Assembly (NCBI RefSeq): GCF_037042905.1
Contig: NC_087263.1
Location: 14,758,001-14,818,000 of the forward strand
Length of the DNA stretch: 60,000 nucleotides
DNA from: Lytechinus pictus
Lineage: Eukaryota
Direction: 5' to 3'
Shown: piece after piece, positions 27,456 through 40,200 of the stretch
Position numbering within the stretch: position 1 is the first letter of the stretch
Layout: every line of letters begins with the position of its first letter
The notes under the pieces: generated by a model
What the model saw: only the letters and a program-made list of their open reading frames with translations
Told to the model about the DNA's origin: nothing
The model's database searches: none
Program-made: the position numbers and the translations under genes

Positions 27456-28220
27456 AAGGATGGAGAATGTTACCCGCCATCCCAAATACAGTAATAAGTC
27501 GCACAAAATGAATTTTGAGATTTTTTTATTGAGCTTGAAAAGCACACTCTCCTTTCACCTTTAGTCCTATTCATGTCCTTTATCTTTGGTAGACATTATC
27601 TCCCTCTGTAACATAATATAGGGCTTACTATTTCCTACATTTTTCTTTTTGGAAGGTAGGTGGCATTTGCCCTTAAAATGTGTCCGTATTACGAAGATAA
27701 CAGTATTCATACAATTAATTACACTTTCGCTCCCCCATAAGACCTAATGACTCTCACCACTTTACATTTTAAAGTTCAATGAAAAAGAAAAGGCATATTC
27801 AATAGCAAAGTCTCTTAATGCTCTCATTTTTTTTACAATTCCTGTATAAGTTTCTGTATGTTTCTTTCGCAAACACGCACCCTCACATGATCCGCAAACC
27901 CACCAGGACTGATATCCACAACCACATACCCGACGCCCACGCGCGCAAATATTTGAATTAATGTTAGTACGTTATTGATATTTTTAAACGATATCTCCTC
28001 TACGCACTATTTTCTCATCCAAACAGATAACATTCCCATCACAATTAATCATCAAAATCAAAATGAAATGAAAGCAACAGTGAAACAAACAAAACGAACA
28101 ATAGGGTGCACGAAAAAGAGAGAGAATCGGGAGGTCTAGATTGTGCGCACGGCCGGGGAAGGCGTTACATTTCATTGATCATACTGGTTACATGTGTGAA
28201 AAGATAGTCGCACGGTCCCG

Positions 28221-28337
28221 TAAAGCCCTTTCACAGTTGGTGGTGTGACTGCTTACAACCGTTGCGATTGTGTGCAACAAATATTGTGACCAAATGATCG
28301 CAGAGGATCGCAAGAGCGATTGTGAAAGCCCCTTTAA
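28221..28337. mobile_element. Small MITE; inverted second copy at about 29700-29816
   Basis: agccctttcaca...tgtgaaagccc; shared core gactgcttacaaccgttgcgatt. Confidence 0.6.
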
Positions 28338-29480
28338 ACACTTTTTTAGATCACACTCGGTGCGTGTACAATAGCCTTGTTATGTCGACTTGCCGAGATA
28401 TTCAACCTGTTTCATCGAATGAATAGCCTTAATATTTCGACGTGACGAGATATTTTATAATTGAATTGTCAATTTAATAGCCTTATCATCATGGCCCTGG
28501 GAAGCGGGGGTGCTGTAGCATCCCCAGGATTTTCCTTGGGGTTGCTTCGTGAATCATAGGCAGCACCTGCACCTCTAGGAATTCTAGAAGGTTTGACAAA
28601 AAGGACAAAATCTATTTTTTTTTGCTTGTCATATTTTCTCGGGACAAAAATTACCAATATTTATAAGTGAAACCCTTTTTTTTTGCTTGTCAAATTCTCG
28701 GGACGAAAAATACCTTCATTTTGGAGTGAAACTTGTTTTTGCTTGTAAAATTAACATCAGCACTCCCAGTCAAAAAATCGTTCCGAGGGCCTTGTTTATC
28801 ATTTGACACAGCGAGACTCGTTTTCTTACCATGTCGACTTCAATCTGAATAGTTACAAGCATGCTGAGTTACGTTATCTTGCCAATTTCTGGCAATTTAT
28901 ACGGCCATGTCGACGTACAATTCTTTTAGAAGACGACAAGTGGCAAGAAAACGTATCTGGCTATTTAGACATTAGGGCTATTACGACAACGCGTCGACAG
29001 GAAGCCATACGGCTATATAATGTCGACATGGCAAGGTGGAACCTCACTAATTAAATGTAGATGACCCTTTAAAGCTTCTGTATAAAGCAAATGGAGTCAC
29101 TTTATTGCGAACGTTTATGTAACTCTACGAAACCCAGTATACAATAATTATAGATGGTATATATGCTTTATAAATAGTTGAGTGAGACTCAAGAGTCATG
29201 CTTAAATGTCTGCGCGCACTTGACATGATTATGTAACGAGCAATCTTCTTGGCATGATTTGACGGTGACACGACATTTGCTCCTGCGATGCAGGGTTAGG
29301 GTTGCAATATGGTTTTATGTTAGGTTAAGAGTGGGGTATAGTGTCAAACCAGGGTTTAGCTGGTCGTGTGTGGCATTTAGAGAGGAGCTATTGTCGCGGA
29401 GCAGAGGTCGTGGAACCGATTTGATCAATGCGTGATGTCTTTCATACCGCACGCAACTTGAATTTTAAGAGCGACTCTAA

Positions 29481-29697
29481 TGGGGTGTTGCAAGAATATT
29501 GCGATCAGTTGCAAGTCTATTTTCGGTCCCTAAATCAATCATATGTCTTGGAGTCAATTGCAAATTAGTGATTGACTGTTCATCTGCTCCTTGAAACAAA
29601 AGTTTAATCTGATTTGCTACAGCTAACGTTGATCTATCAGTTGTGAAATGGCAACATAATATTTGCAATTGATCGCAAATATTTTCTTGCAACACCC
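29481..29697. mobile_element. Palindromic MITE
   Basis: gggtgttgcaagaa...ttcttgcaacaccc. Confidence 0.6.
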
Positions 29698-30398
29698 TCT
29701 TAAAGTGCTTTCACAATTGCTCGTACGATCGTTTGCAATCATTTGGTAACAATATATGTTGCACAGAATCGCAACGGTTGTAAGCAGTCGCACCACTATT
29801 TGTAAAAGGGGCTTAAGTCACACTTGAATCTTTGCGACTCCCTTCCCCATGTCATCTACTGTAGATGTGAACAGTGCCCTCTTGCCAATGGCGCCCCTCG
29901 AGACGCTAGAGCGACAACGAGGTGAACATTTCTGGTGAGCAAAGCGCGCGCAAAATTGACGTTTTATTGAACACTAACCATAATTCAAAGTATAATTTAT
30001 CAAAAAGTGGAATTATGAACACGCTTCTGAATGCGTAAGTTGCTTCTGTAGGTTATATATTCTATAATTTTTAATTTTCAGTCAGCGATTTACAATGTTT
30101 TCCACTATTCTGCATGTATATTATGGTGCAGTGCATTTATTAAAAACTGTACTAATTATTCATTTGATTCTCTCATAATCCGAAAATTGGCGTATAATTA
30201 GAATAGGTAATACAGCAATATATTAGTGAAAAAGTATGTGGAAATAAAAAAGACACCCTTACTGAATGTCACTCAGAAGCGTAATTTATTTCATTTTTTT
30301 CTTCCACAGGAAATCTAAGCTTTAATTCTTCAGAGACCTGCAAAAGAAATCTCTAGAACACTACAATTGTTGTTCATCTCTTCAAACCGCCCATCGTC

Positions 30399-31215
30399 AT
30401 GAAGGCATTGATAGTCCTTCTCTCGGTAATTTGCCTAGTTACTACGGTAACTGGGCAGTATCATGACAATTACACATACGTGGCCCCAGCACCGAGCAGC
30501 GAATATGATGAACATTATACGTCTAACCAGCCAGGAGAACTCGTTCCACATTCTGGCTTCACCGTCCAATTCCTAATCGAGGCTGCTGGTAGGCTCTGGC
30601 AGCAGAACTCTGTCTTCGAAGCGATGACCTTTGCCTGTGAGGGTGTACTCCCGGTGATCGGTTCGATGATAGATGAGGTAGATCAGTCAAGTTTATACTG
30701 GGGTGTCTTCTGTGATAATGTCACACGCGTCAAAAGTGTGAGTGAATTCAACGGGGAACGCTGGTGTAATGACATAATTGACACGGTCACTGGCATGTTC
30801 GGAAACGATGGCCAAGATGAAGGAAGATATCGCAGGCAAGCACCGGACGAATCTTCACTGGAAAGTCCCTTCGGTATTTTAGAAAACCTGTTGAACACCA
30901 CCCGAGACCTATATGGTATCGACATCCTAATGATCATCCAGAACGTATCTACAATCAACACAATCTGCACCGACGTCACTGAGAATTTCATCAGGCCTTC
31001 CCCGAAGCAGGTCATTACTGATTTTGCAGCCGAACTAATCGTGCGTCTTCTACCGGAAGTGTGTCAAACGTGGGATTCCTTTTTCGAAGCCGTCGGATTG
31101 AACTCCTCATCTCAAACCTATCGGGTCATCCTGGGACTTGTTGATGCAGGAAGTGATGCAGTTGGGTACAGTAACTTTGACGAACTGTGTCATGATATCA
31201 ACCAAACTGTTCAAG
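30399..31215 (+). CDS. Gene 2 exon: signal peptide and repeat 1 large part
   Basis: MKALIVLLSVICLVTTVTG...; donor caag|gtagg. Confidence 0.9.
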
Positions 31216-34200
31216 GTAGGTGCTCACCGTTCCCCCATCCCCCATATTCCGTTCTTGTCGTTCTAGTATTGGGTAATTGTGGAGGACTGCAAATATAACC
31301 TACGGTATGTCCGGGTCGAAACCGGAGTAACATTATTTTTGTGTAATGCATTGCGCCTTTCTTAAATATTCAGTGCGTATCAAGAAAAAGTTTACACTTT
31401 GAAAAAATCCTGTAAAATTATACATTTGTAATTTACTATCAATAACTGGGATATACTCATTTGATTTGCTTGTTCATTACGATGAACCAAGCACGCCGAA
31501 TATACAGTACACAATTTTCCTGCGCGCGCGCTGCATCTCCCTATGAACGCACTATCCCAAGATCATCGCGCAATTTGGCGTCCATTTCCTCTTTTACTTT
31601 CGCCAGCCGTCGAGTGCAGACGTAAAGCTAAGTACACTCTCAAAAAAACGCAAACTTGTTTTACATTTTGGTTTTATACGAGTGCATTTATCCCTTATTT
31701 CAATCTTATTTTTCCTTTTAAGGTTGTTTTAAGCATATCCCATCGCGCGGAGCTCTCCGTGATATTATTTTCACGTATTTTGTTCTGCTTTCTTGTGAGT
31801 CTAAAACATAAGATACGTTTTCTCGCAGGCGGGTTGCTTCGCATCCCCACCCCGCAGCTCCGCGCCTTCCTGCGTGTCGCGGGCGTTGAGTTTCATGCTC
31901 CTCTTCCTTATAAATTCATTTTAATTCTCTGACTTCTCGCTTCTTTGCATCCGTCTTGAATTTCCTTGAATTTATTTCTCTTCCACAGATAGGTTCTGTC
32001 GGACGTTCAGGAGCGTCGTTTTCTATTCTCGTTTCAACTACTATTGTTCTTGTCTCGAGTTAGTTGATTGTCTCCTTTGTTTCAATCAACTATTGTATCC
32101 TTTGTTCTTGTGATTCTATTAATTCTTGAATTAATTAATTAATTATTTAATTAATTAATTAATTATTAATTAATTAATTATTTAATTAAAAAAAAAAAAA
32201 AAAAAATTCTTTCCTTAGACTTTGTCTTGAAAGGTTTTTTTCCTTCACAAGAATTTTACTCTTTTAGGAAGCCGTTCTTGTTAGCTTTTCCACCTCGCTA
32301 ATTTTGTTCTGGTCTTCCTTTTTTCAGGAAAGCAAACTTCAGTTTCTTCTTTCCTTTTTTCAGATCAGCTTCCGGTTCCGGATACTTAAATAATTTTTTT
32401 TTCGACCTCTTGTCAAAAAAAAAAAAAAAAAAGAAACAAACTTTGTTTTTTTCTCTCAGCTGATCCCATCCTTCACCTTCAAAAAAAAAAAATTTTTTTT
32501 TTAGCAGGTGTTCACACAACAAAAAAAAAAAAAAAACTTTGTGTTTTCTTCTTTAGGTGCTTCTTCCCTTTTTCCTTAGGAACTTAGCAGAAGCAGTCTT
32601 CTTGTTGTGTTTTCTTATACGAACAATTATAATTATATATTTATAGGGAGGAGTTTCTCATAATAATTCTCTAATTATTACTGTTCCCTTTTACTGGGAT
32701 AGTACTGCGTGTACTTACCCGTTAGAGATATTATATTATTGTAATTCTCACTGTTCGTTTTTTGAAGTCCCTTGACTTCTGGGGTTGGGGTTTTTTCAAC
32801 CCCCCTACCCCCATCTTCTCTGTTTCCCTTTTTTCTCTCTTTCTACTTGCTATTAGATTTTCATCTACATGAGCATGAGCTTCTCGGATTCCTCCCTAGA
32901 AGAGCTCGAAATGGCCGCTGAACAGGTGTCCAACACTGGGGTTTTATTCCCCATCAGCGGTAATGTAGAAAGTGGAAACGGAGAAAGTTCCCTCGTGGGT
33001 TCTAAGAAGGGTGGAACCGTGGATCCGAGTCCACGTGCCCATGGGGGTGGAGCCGTGGATGCGCGTCCACGTCCTCCAATTAAGAAGGGTGGAACCGTGG
33101 ATCCGCGACCACGTGCCCGCAAAGTGATAGCCCAGGTCTCCGCGCCGGAGCCTGAACCATTTTCGGGGAGCGTCGTACTAGCTCAGAAAACGACGACTTC
33201 TCTAGGGCTACCGGACCCACCGGCTATCGGGTCACCTAAAGACCGGGGGGAGAGCAGCCTCTCCGCCCGGCACAAGAGACTAGGCTCGATGCCGTTTCAG
33301 ACTCCCCAAGGGAGCATCGGCAAAGGGCTATCAGCCCCTAGTCGCAGGAGACAGCATAGCCCGACCCCGTCGGACTCTAGATTTAACCTGACTCCGTCAG
33401 ATTCTGCGGATCGTTCTTCTCGGTCAACGAGCGCTCCCCGTGGGAGAGCTAAGACGAAGAGATCAAAATCCGCACAGCCTCCTGCCCCTTCTTCTGTGCC
33501 TCCACCGGAGCCACCGAAGAAGAAGAAAAAGAAGAAGAAGAAATCCGCGGCCGTAAGCCCCGTTCCATCGGGCGGCCCGGCTTCAAACTCTTCTACGGAT
33601 GGCCAGGCCTCGCAACTTATGATGTTGCTCCAGAGCGCCTTTGTCCACTGTGGGTTGCTACCCCCGGGCTCGTCTGCTCCACAAGCGGACACCGGCCATC
33701 CGACACCTCGAGACACCGCAAGCGATTCTAACGAGTCACCGGCTCTCGAACCCACTCAGGCTACGCTCGTGAGTTCTCAGGCTCGGCCGACCTCGGGGTT
33801 TCTCCCCCGTGAGTCCGACCATGGCACACTCCGCCCGAGCTTTTCACGGGCGCCTGCTACCCTCGGGGCTCCGCCCGGCGAGGAGACTTGGGTCGGTTCC
33901 CCCCCTCTAGAGGCGGAACAAGCCCTATCAGAGGACGAGTTCAATCCCGATCCTCCGGGTAGCCCAGCCCCCCAACCGGCGGGCAGTAGGGCTCAGGACG
34001 CCACAGAGATCCTCCATAAATATCTCCCACATATCTACCCTCCAGACGAGCCGGTAGAGGGAGATTTGGACTCTCTCTTCTTCCCACAGCCTCGGAAAAC
34101 CCCACAGGGTATTCCGCTCACTAATGACTTTAAGGCTGCATACGAAAGGGCGGCCGCACAGGCTAGCGTGCCTGCCGCCCAGGGAAGGAAGCCGGTAGCC

Positions 34201-37200
34201 TTCGGAAAGGGTTTTGCCTTCTCCAAGGAGGATACCGAGGCGTTTTTCGCTCCCAAAACGTTTTCTCCCCAGCTTAACCGCATCGGGGCACGTTTGGGGA
34301 CACGCTTCTCTTCCAATCACTTTGCTACTGTGGAGAAAGCGGATGTTAGATATGAGGCCTTGACTCGTTCAGCCCTCAGACTCACAGCCTTCCTCGGGGC
34401 CTTGCTCGGCTTGCGAGCACAGTCCTCTGAACTGGAAGTGTCAGCCAACGACAGTGTCCTTCTTGATGAGGCACTTTTGTCCTTGGTAGGCGAGCTCTGG
34501 ATGCAGCTAGCTACTACAGCCACTACTGCATCCAACTCGCGCAGAACTCACGTCCTTAACAGACTGGGCATCGCGTCCAAGGACTTGCTTGAGTTCCTCC
34601 CAGGCGTTCCCCAATCGAACAAACATTTGTTCGGGGGCGAGGTGGCCTCTCTTCTAAAAGAAGAGATCGAAGGACGCAAACAGGCCTCGGAGCTTCTCAA
34701 AGAGCTCAAGGCCTCGCGCCCGACGGCTCCACCGACGAAGAAATCGACCGCCAAGGCTCGACCTTCTTCTCGCCCCGTGGTGACTCCACCCCAACCCCGT
34801 GCACACGCTCCGCCTAATCACAGAGCTCGCACTAGACCTCCGGTGAGTTCCTCACGTGGTGGTAGGGGTAGGGGTAGGGGTAGGGGTGGCCGGCCAGCCT
34901 CCAAGGCTCCGGCTAGGCCCAATCAGCCTCTTTGACGGGTTTCCCCGAGCGCTGGTTCCGGTCGGCGGTCGTCTCCGTTATTTCCTCCCTGCATGGGAGG
35001 GAATAACGGACGACGCTTTTATCTTATCCGTCGTGCGAGATGGCTTTCATATCGATATAGAGGCCCTCCCGCACGGCGTGATTCGATCCGCACCGCCGAC
35101 CGTTTCCCTTCTTCATCAGCAGCATATCAAAGCAGAAATCGACGTGCTGCTGGAGAAGGAGGCGATAGAGAGAGTGCCGGACAGTCCACATCTCTGTCTC
35201 TCTCCTATCTTCGTCATTCCCAAGCGCTCGGGAAAATTACGGATGATTCTGAACATGAAAAGAATCAACGAATTCATCCAGCCAGACCATTTCAGAATGG
35301 AAACACTAGCATCCATTCTGCCGTCTCTGCAGGCATCGGATTGGGCCGCCTCCCTAGATCTCAGGGACGCCTACTTCCATATTCCAATTCATCCCGCATC
35401 ACGGGACCTATTGGGTTTTCGCTTCAACGGAGCGACTTACAGGTACCGGGCAATGCCCTTCGGCTTACGCCCGGCACCCAGGGTCTTCACCCGGGTGGTC
35501 ACAGCAGTGGCCGCCCACCTAAGAGAACGGGGGCTCAGACTCTTCGTTTATCTAGACGATTGGCTGTTGGTTGCAAGTTCAAAGGCCAGACTTCTGTCCC
35601 ACTTGTCCCTCCTCCTGCGGATCACCCAGGAGTTGGGATTCGTAGTCAACTGGGAGAAATCGGACCTGTCACCTTCCCGCGTACCCACATACTTGGGCGC
35701 GGTTCTAGACTTGCCAAACCAGATCGCTCGGCCAAGCCCCGACAGAGTTCGGGCAATCGTCGCTCTGGCCCGCTCTCTCAGAGAGCGAAGCTTCGTGAAG
35801 GCTCGCACGTGGCTGAGATTACTCGGGTTCATGGCAAGCCTTGTCGACATTCTACAAGATTGTCGCCTGCTTATGAGACCCTTTCAGAGATACCTCCTGT
35901 ACTATTACAGACCGAGCGTAGACTCTCTGCTTCTTCGGATCCCCTTATCACGGGAGATCCGTCTCAGCTTGGCCGCCTGGACACATACGTCCTTTGTAGC
36001 GAGGGGCAAACCCTTTCGCACTCCCCTCCCATCAGCCGCTCTGACCACAGATGCGTCGCTTACGGGATGGGGCGGCCATTGTGCGGGGGAGATGGTCTCG
36101 GGGGTCTGGTTACCTCAACGCACCTTACCTCATATCAATGTGTTGGAGATGAGGGCTGTCATCAATTCCCTTCAGCATTTCCGACACAGGTTAGTCGATC
36201 GAACGGTTTTGATTCGCACAGACAACAAGTCAGTTGCAGCGTACATCAATCGCCAAGGCGGCACCCGATCAAGCTCTCTCAACGCCCTAGCTGCGGAGCT
36301 CTGGGAGTGGTGCCACCGTGCGAAGATCGTTCCAGTTGCCTCGTATATACCAGGCAGCGACAACCTGATAGCCGATTTTCTGTCCCGGGGCCGGTGCCTA
36401 CCATCCGAATGGTCGCTCCACCCGGAGATATTTCAGTCTATCCAAGTCCACTGGGGACCCCTGGAAATAGACTTGTTTGCCACGGCTCTCAACCGGAAGC
36501 TGCCGATGTTCTGCTCTCGTGTCAACGAAACAGAAGCAACTTCCCTGGATGCATTCTCCATTCATTGGGGGGATCGGAGGTGTTATGCGTTTCCTCCGTT
36601 CCACCTAATACCGCAGGTATTGAGGAAAGTGAAGGAAGATCAAGCTTGGCTTCTTCTAGTGGCCCCCAATTGGCCAAGGAGGCACTGGTTCCCGCAACTC
36701 CTCGAACTGTTGGAGGGGGACCCGCTCACACTTCCTCTGAGATCAGACATAGTATCTCAACCTCTGTCGGGGATCACGCATCCTCGGCCAGCGGTCCTCC
36801 ACTTAACCGCATGGCTGTTATCGGGCAAGACGCGAAAGCTCTAGGCCTTTCTGATCGTGCCTCTCAATTGGTAATACAGAGTCGCAGAAACTCGACTCTT
36901 GACCTTTACAATTCTCGGCTGGGCCGATTTGCAGATTGGTGCACTGCGCGGTCTGTTGACCCTCGCAACGCCTCTCTTGCCGCGATCGCGGATTTCTTTG
37001 TTCACCTTTTCGACATCGGTCGTTCGCTTTCCACCATCAGGGGTTTCCGGTCGGCTATTGCTGCGTTTCATTCCGGATTCCCAGATGGCTCTAACGTCTC
37101 AAATTCCAGTCTACTCTCTAGACTGATGAGAGCGTTTTTCTTAAAGCGACCGCCGAAGAAAAGACTGACTCCTTCCTGGAGTCTTCCGGCTGTGCTTAAC

Positions 37201-40200
37201 TCTCTGGCTAAGCCTCCGTTTGAACCTCTAGCAAAGAGCTCCTTGCATGATTTGTCTATCAAAACTGCCTTCTTAATTGCTGTAGCATCTGGTCAAAGAC
37301 GCAGCTCTATTCACGCTTTGACTACTTCCCCCGGTCACATCCGGTGGGAACGGCGTGGAGTCCGCTTGATTCCCACACCGTCCTTTATTGCCAAGAACCA
37401 GACTGCCACCTCTGGTTCGATCGAGTTCTTCCTAGCTCCCCTATCAGATCTTTCCTCGGTTACTGAGGACAAAGTCTGGTGCCCGGTCAGGGCCTTGAAA
37501 TGGTACCTGGATAGAACTAAGACACTTCGCAACTCTGACCAGTTGTTTGTCACGTCGCGCGAGCCGTTTGCGGCAGCGTCACGAGACACCATCTCCCGCT
37601 GGATCGTTGAAGCGATCAAATCGGCTGGTGATGATGCTCTCCTTTCAGACACTAGGCCGAGAGCCCATGACACTCGTAGTATCGCTACTTCTTGGGCTCT
37701 CTTCAATGGCGTCGCCTTGGACGACATTCTAAGAGCCGCCTTTTGGCGCTCTTCCAATTCTTTTACATCCTTTTATCTAAAGGACATTCCTTCGGGAGAG
37801 GCCTTATTTGCCTCCTCTGCTCTTAGGGCAGCGGCCCCTGTGTCTTAATCTCCCTTCTTTGCGCACTTTTTATTCTAGACATGCCTCCCTTCACGTTGAG
37901 TCCGTGTTGGTCTAGCAAATCAAATGAGTATATCCCAGTTATTGATAGTAAATTATGAAAATACTTACGTTTATTTTCTTATTTACGAGATAACTGGATA
38001 TACTCATTTGAACCCTCCCACCTACCCCTCACCTTGCGTGGCAACATGTCTTGCGTGCAGGCTCATGGGAGGAAATGGACGCCAAATTGCGCGATGATCT
38101 TGGGATAGTGCGTTCATAGGGAGATGCAGCGCGCGCGCAGGAAAATTGTGTACTGTATATTCGGCGTGCTTGGTTCATCGTAATGAACAAGCAAATCAAA
38201 TGAGTATATCCAGTTATCTCGTAAATAAGAAAATAAACGTAAGTATTTTCATAATATCCTGAACACTTTTCCACATTTTAACATTCTTACATGTCCATTT
38301 AATCAAATGACGATATAACTGTCGAAAAATATTTCCGCTTGAGTGAGCACCACTTACTTTTGAAAAGTTAGTGAAAAATGATTTGCGCAGAACTTTAAAA
38401 TAATTATGCGAATAAAAGTAGACCTTAATCATGAAGAACACGTAGAATTTAGCTATTGAAATTGATTTGAAGATATCTTTTACCTTTTTTGACTTGTTTC
38501 CTTGCCCAAAACACTTCGAAGAGAGCATTTCACCCACCCCTCTCCCCCACACACCGAGGCCATCGTGACGATATTTGCTTTACACTGAGCTATGATTTAC
38601 ATGGAATGGCTTAAGCTTGATTTTCATTTTGTTAATCATTGCCAAGCTTGGAAAAAGTGTGAAGAAACAAGTATTAAATGAAAAATGAAATGTAAACCCA
38701 CTTTCAATGATAAAAACTGAGTGAAATAATGCTGGAGATGTCTGATTTAAACTTTTGTTCAGATCCAGCTGGCACAAAAAGGGTAAAGGATGTGCTTACT
38801 AAGCGCTGAAATTTCGATTTGGGTGGCAAAACTTTTACAAAATGCTTGAATGTATCCGTCTTATTTCAACTGACTAAAAGTGCAAGGGAAATGTATGAGA
38901 AATGTTTCGCAGGGTAAGTTTGATTTCGCCGTTTCCCCTTAACACAGCGTTAAAACGAGCATTTCTGCGCAAACAGATTTCTGCGAGCTTTACAAAAATG
39001 GACAGTGCTCACTCAAGTGTAACATTCTGACAAAACTTTTACTTTCGTTGGATAGATGAGACCCAAACCCAAGATTATATGTGAAAAAATTACCCACATG
39101 TTGTATATTTTTTAATTCCCAGGGCTTTTTCAAAGTGTAAACTTTTTTTTGATACGCACTGTATATTCATGACATTACCATTATTACTATAAGTTATATT
39201 TTCATTATTATTATTATATCTCTTGGTAGATGACGATCTCGATGAGCGAAGAAGGATTGCCGAACTTATCATCAGGAATTTTATCGGCATTCTCGAGAAT
39301 GGCGATCAATGCTCAACCCTAGCCAAAAAGATCATGAACGCAATTTGGACTCTAACAAACTGTGGAAACAGTGATCCTTATAGCAGCCCTTATGGTTTAG
39401 AATATCAATTCTACATGTTTACCGGATTCCACTCCATAGAAGAAATGTGTTATGACGTGGCAGAAGCGCTAACGAGTAAGTAATACCCCCAACCAACACA
39501 CAAGCGCATCCCGCACATGCGTGCACACACACAGTCAGGGCGGATCGAGGAATATTATTGTATCCCCCAAACAGAGTTCGGAGGATACTGCGGATTTGGC
39601 CTCGTCGCGCCGCGGAAATTTCCTTGTGAGCGCTCTACCAGCTTCATTTCTTCTCCGATCATCTTCAAATCTGGCATGAAGGTCCATTATGGTAAAGCAA
39701 AGCCGTCTATTGATTTTAGTGTGGGCGTAGACATCATTGCCATGGTAACAAGAGGTTGTGTACATAGCAGAGATGTCCTTGTGAGAGTGCTCTACTGGCT
39801 GCGTTTCTTCTCCGATGAGCTTCAAATTTGTCATGAAGGTCCATTATGGTAAAGCAAAGCTGCCTATTGATTTTAGTGTGGGCGGAGACATCGTTACCAT
39901 GGTAACGAGTTTTTGTACATAGCAGAGATTTCCTTGTAAGTGCTCTACTGGCTGCGTTTCTTCTCCGATCATCTTCAAATTCATCATGAAGGTCCATTAT
40001 GGTAAAGAAAAGCCGCCGTAGAGATTTCCTTGTGAGAGATTTCCTACAGGGATTTCCTTTCCGCGGCAGCGCGACGAGGCTAACTCCATAGTATCTTACG
40101 ATCTCTGTTCGGGGGATACAATTACTATGACAATCCAATGTAGACCCCCCACCTCCTCTGAATGCATCAGTTCACAACACAAATGCTTCAGGCAAATACC

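Larger units (their letters stand above)
31429..38255 (+). mobile_element. DIRS1-like tyrosine recombinase retrotransposon, apparently full length
   Basis: ITRs, internal complementary region, and uninterrupted gag, RT/RNase H/MT and YR ORFs. Confidence 0.96.
31371..39161. mobile_element. Tc1-like MITE (about 0.97 kb) split by the DIRS insertion
   Basis: TIR cagtgcgtatcaagaaaaagtttacactttgaaaaa (31371) / tttttcaaagtgtaaacttttttttgatacgcactg|ta (ends 39161). Confidence 0.8.

Noticed and set aside
27140..27564. His/Thr- and Val/Cys-rich ORFs
   Set aside because: Translations of CA/CT microsatellites.
31216..31298. Stand-alone 299-aa gene ending at 31298
   Set aside because: The tail is intron read-through; homology to repeats 2 and 3 ends at the donor at 31216.
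33297..37757. Antisense ORFs over the DIRS
   Set aside because: Shadows of GC-rich coding sequence with no motifs.
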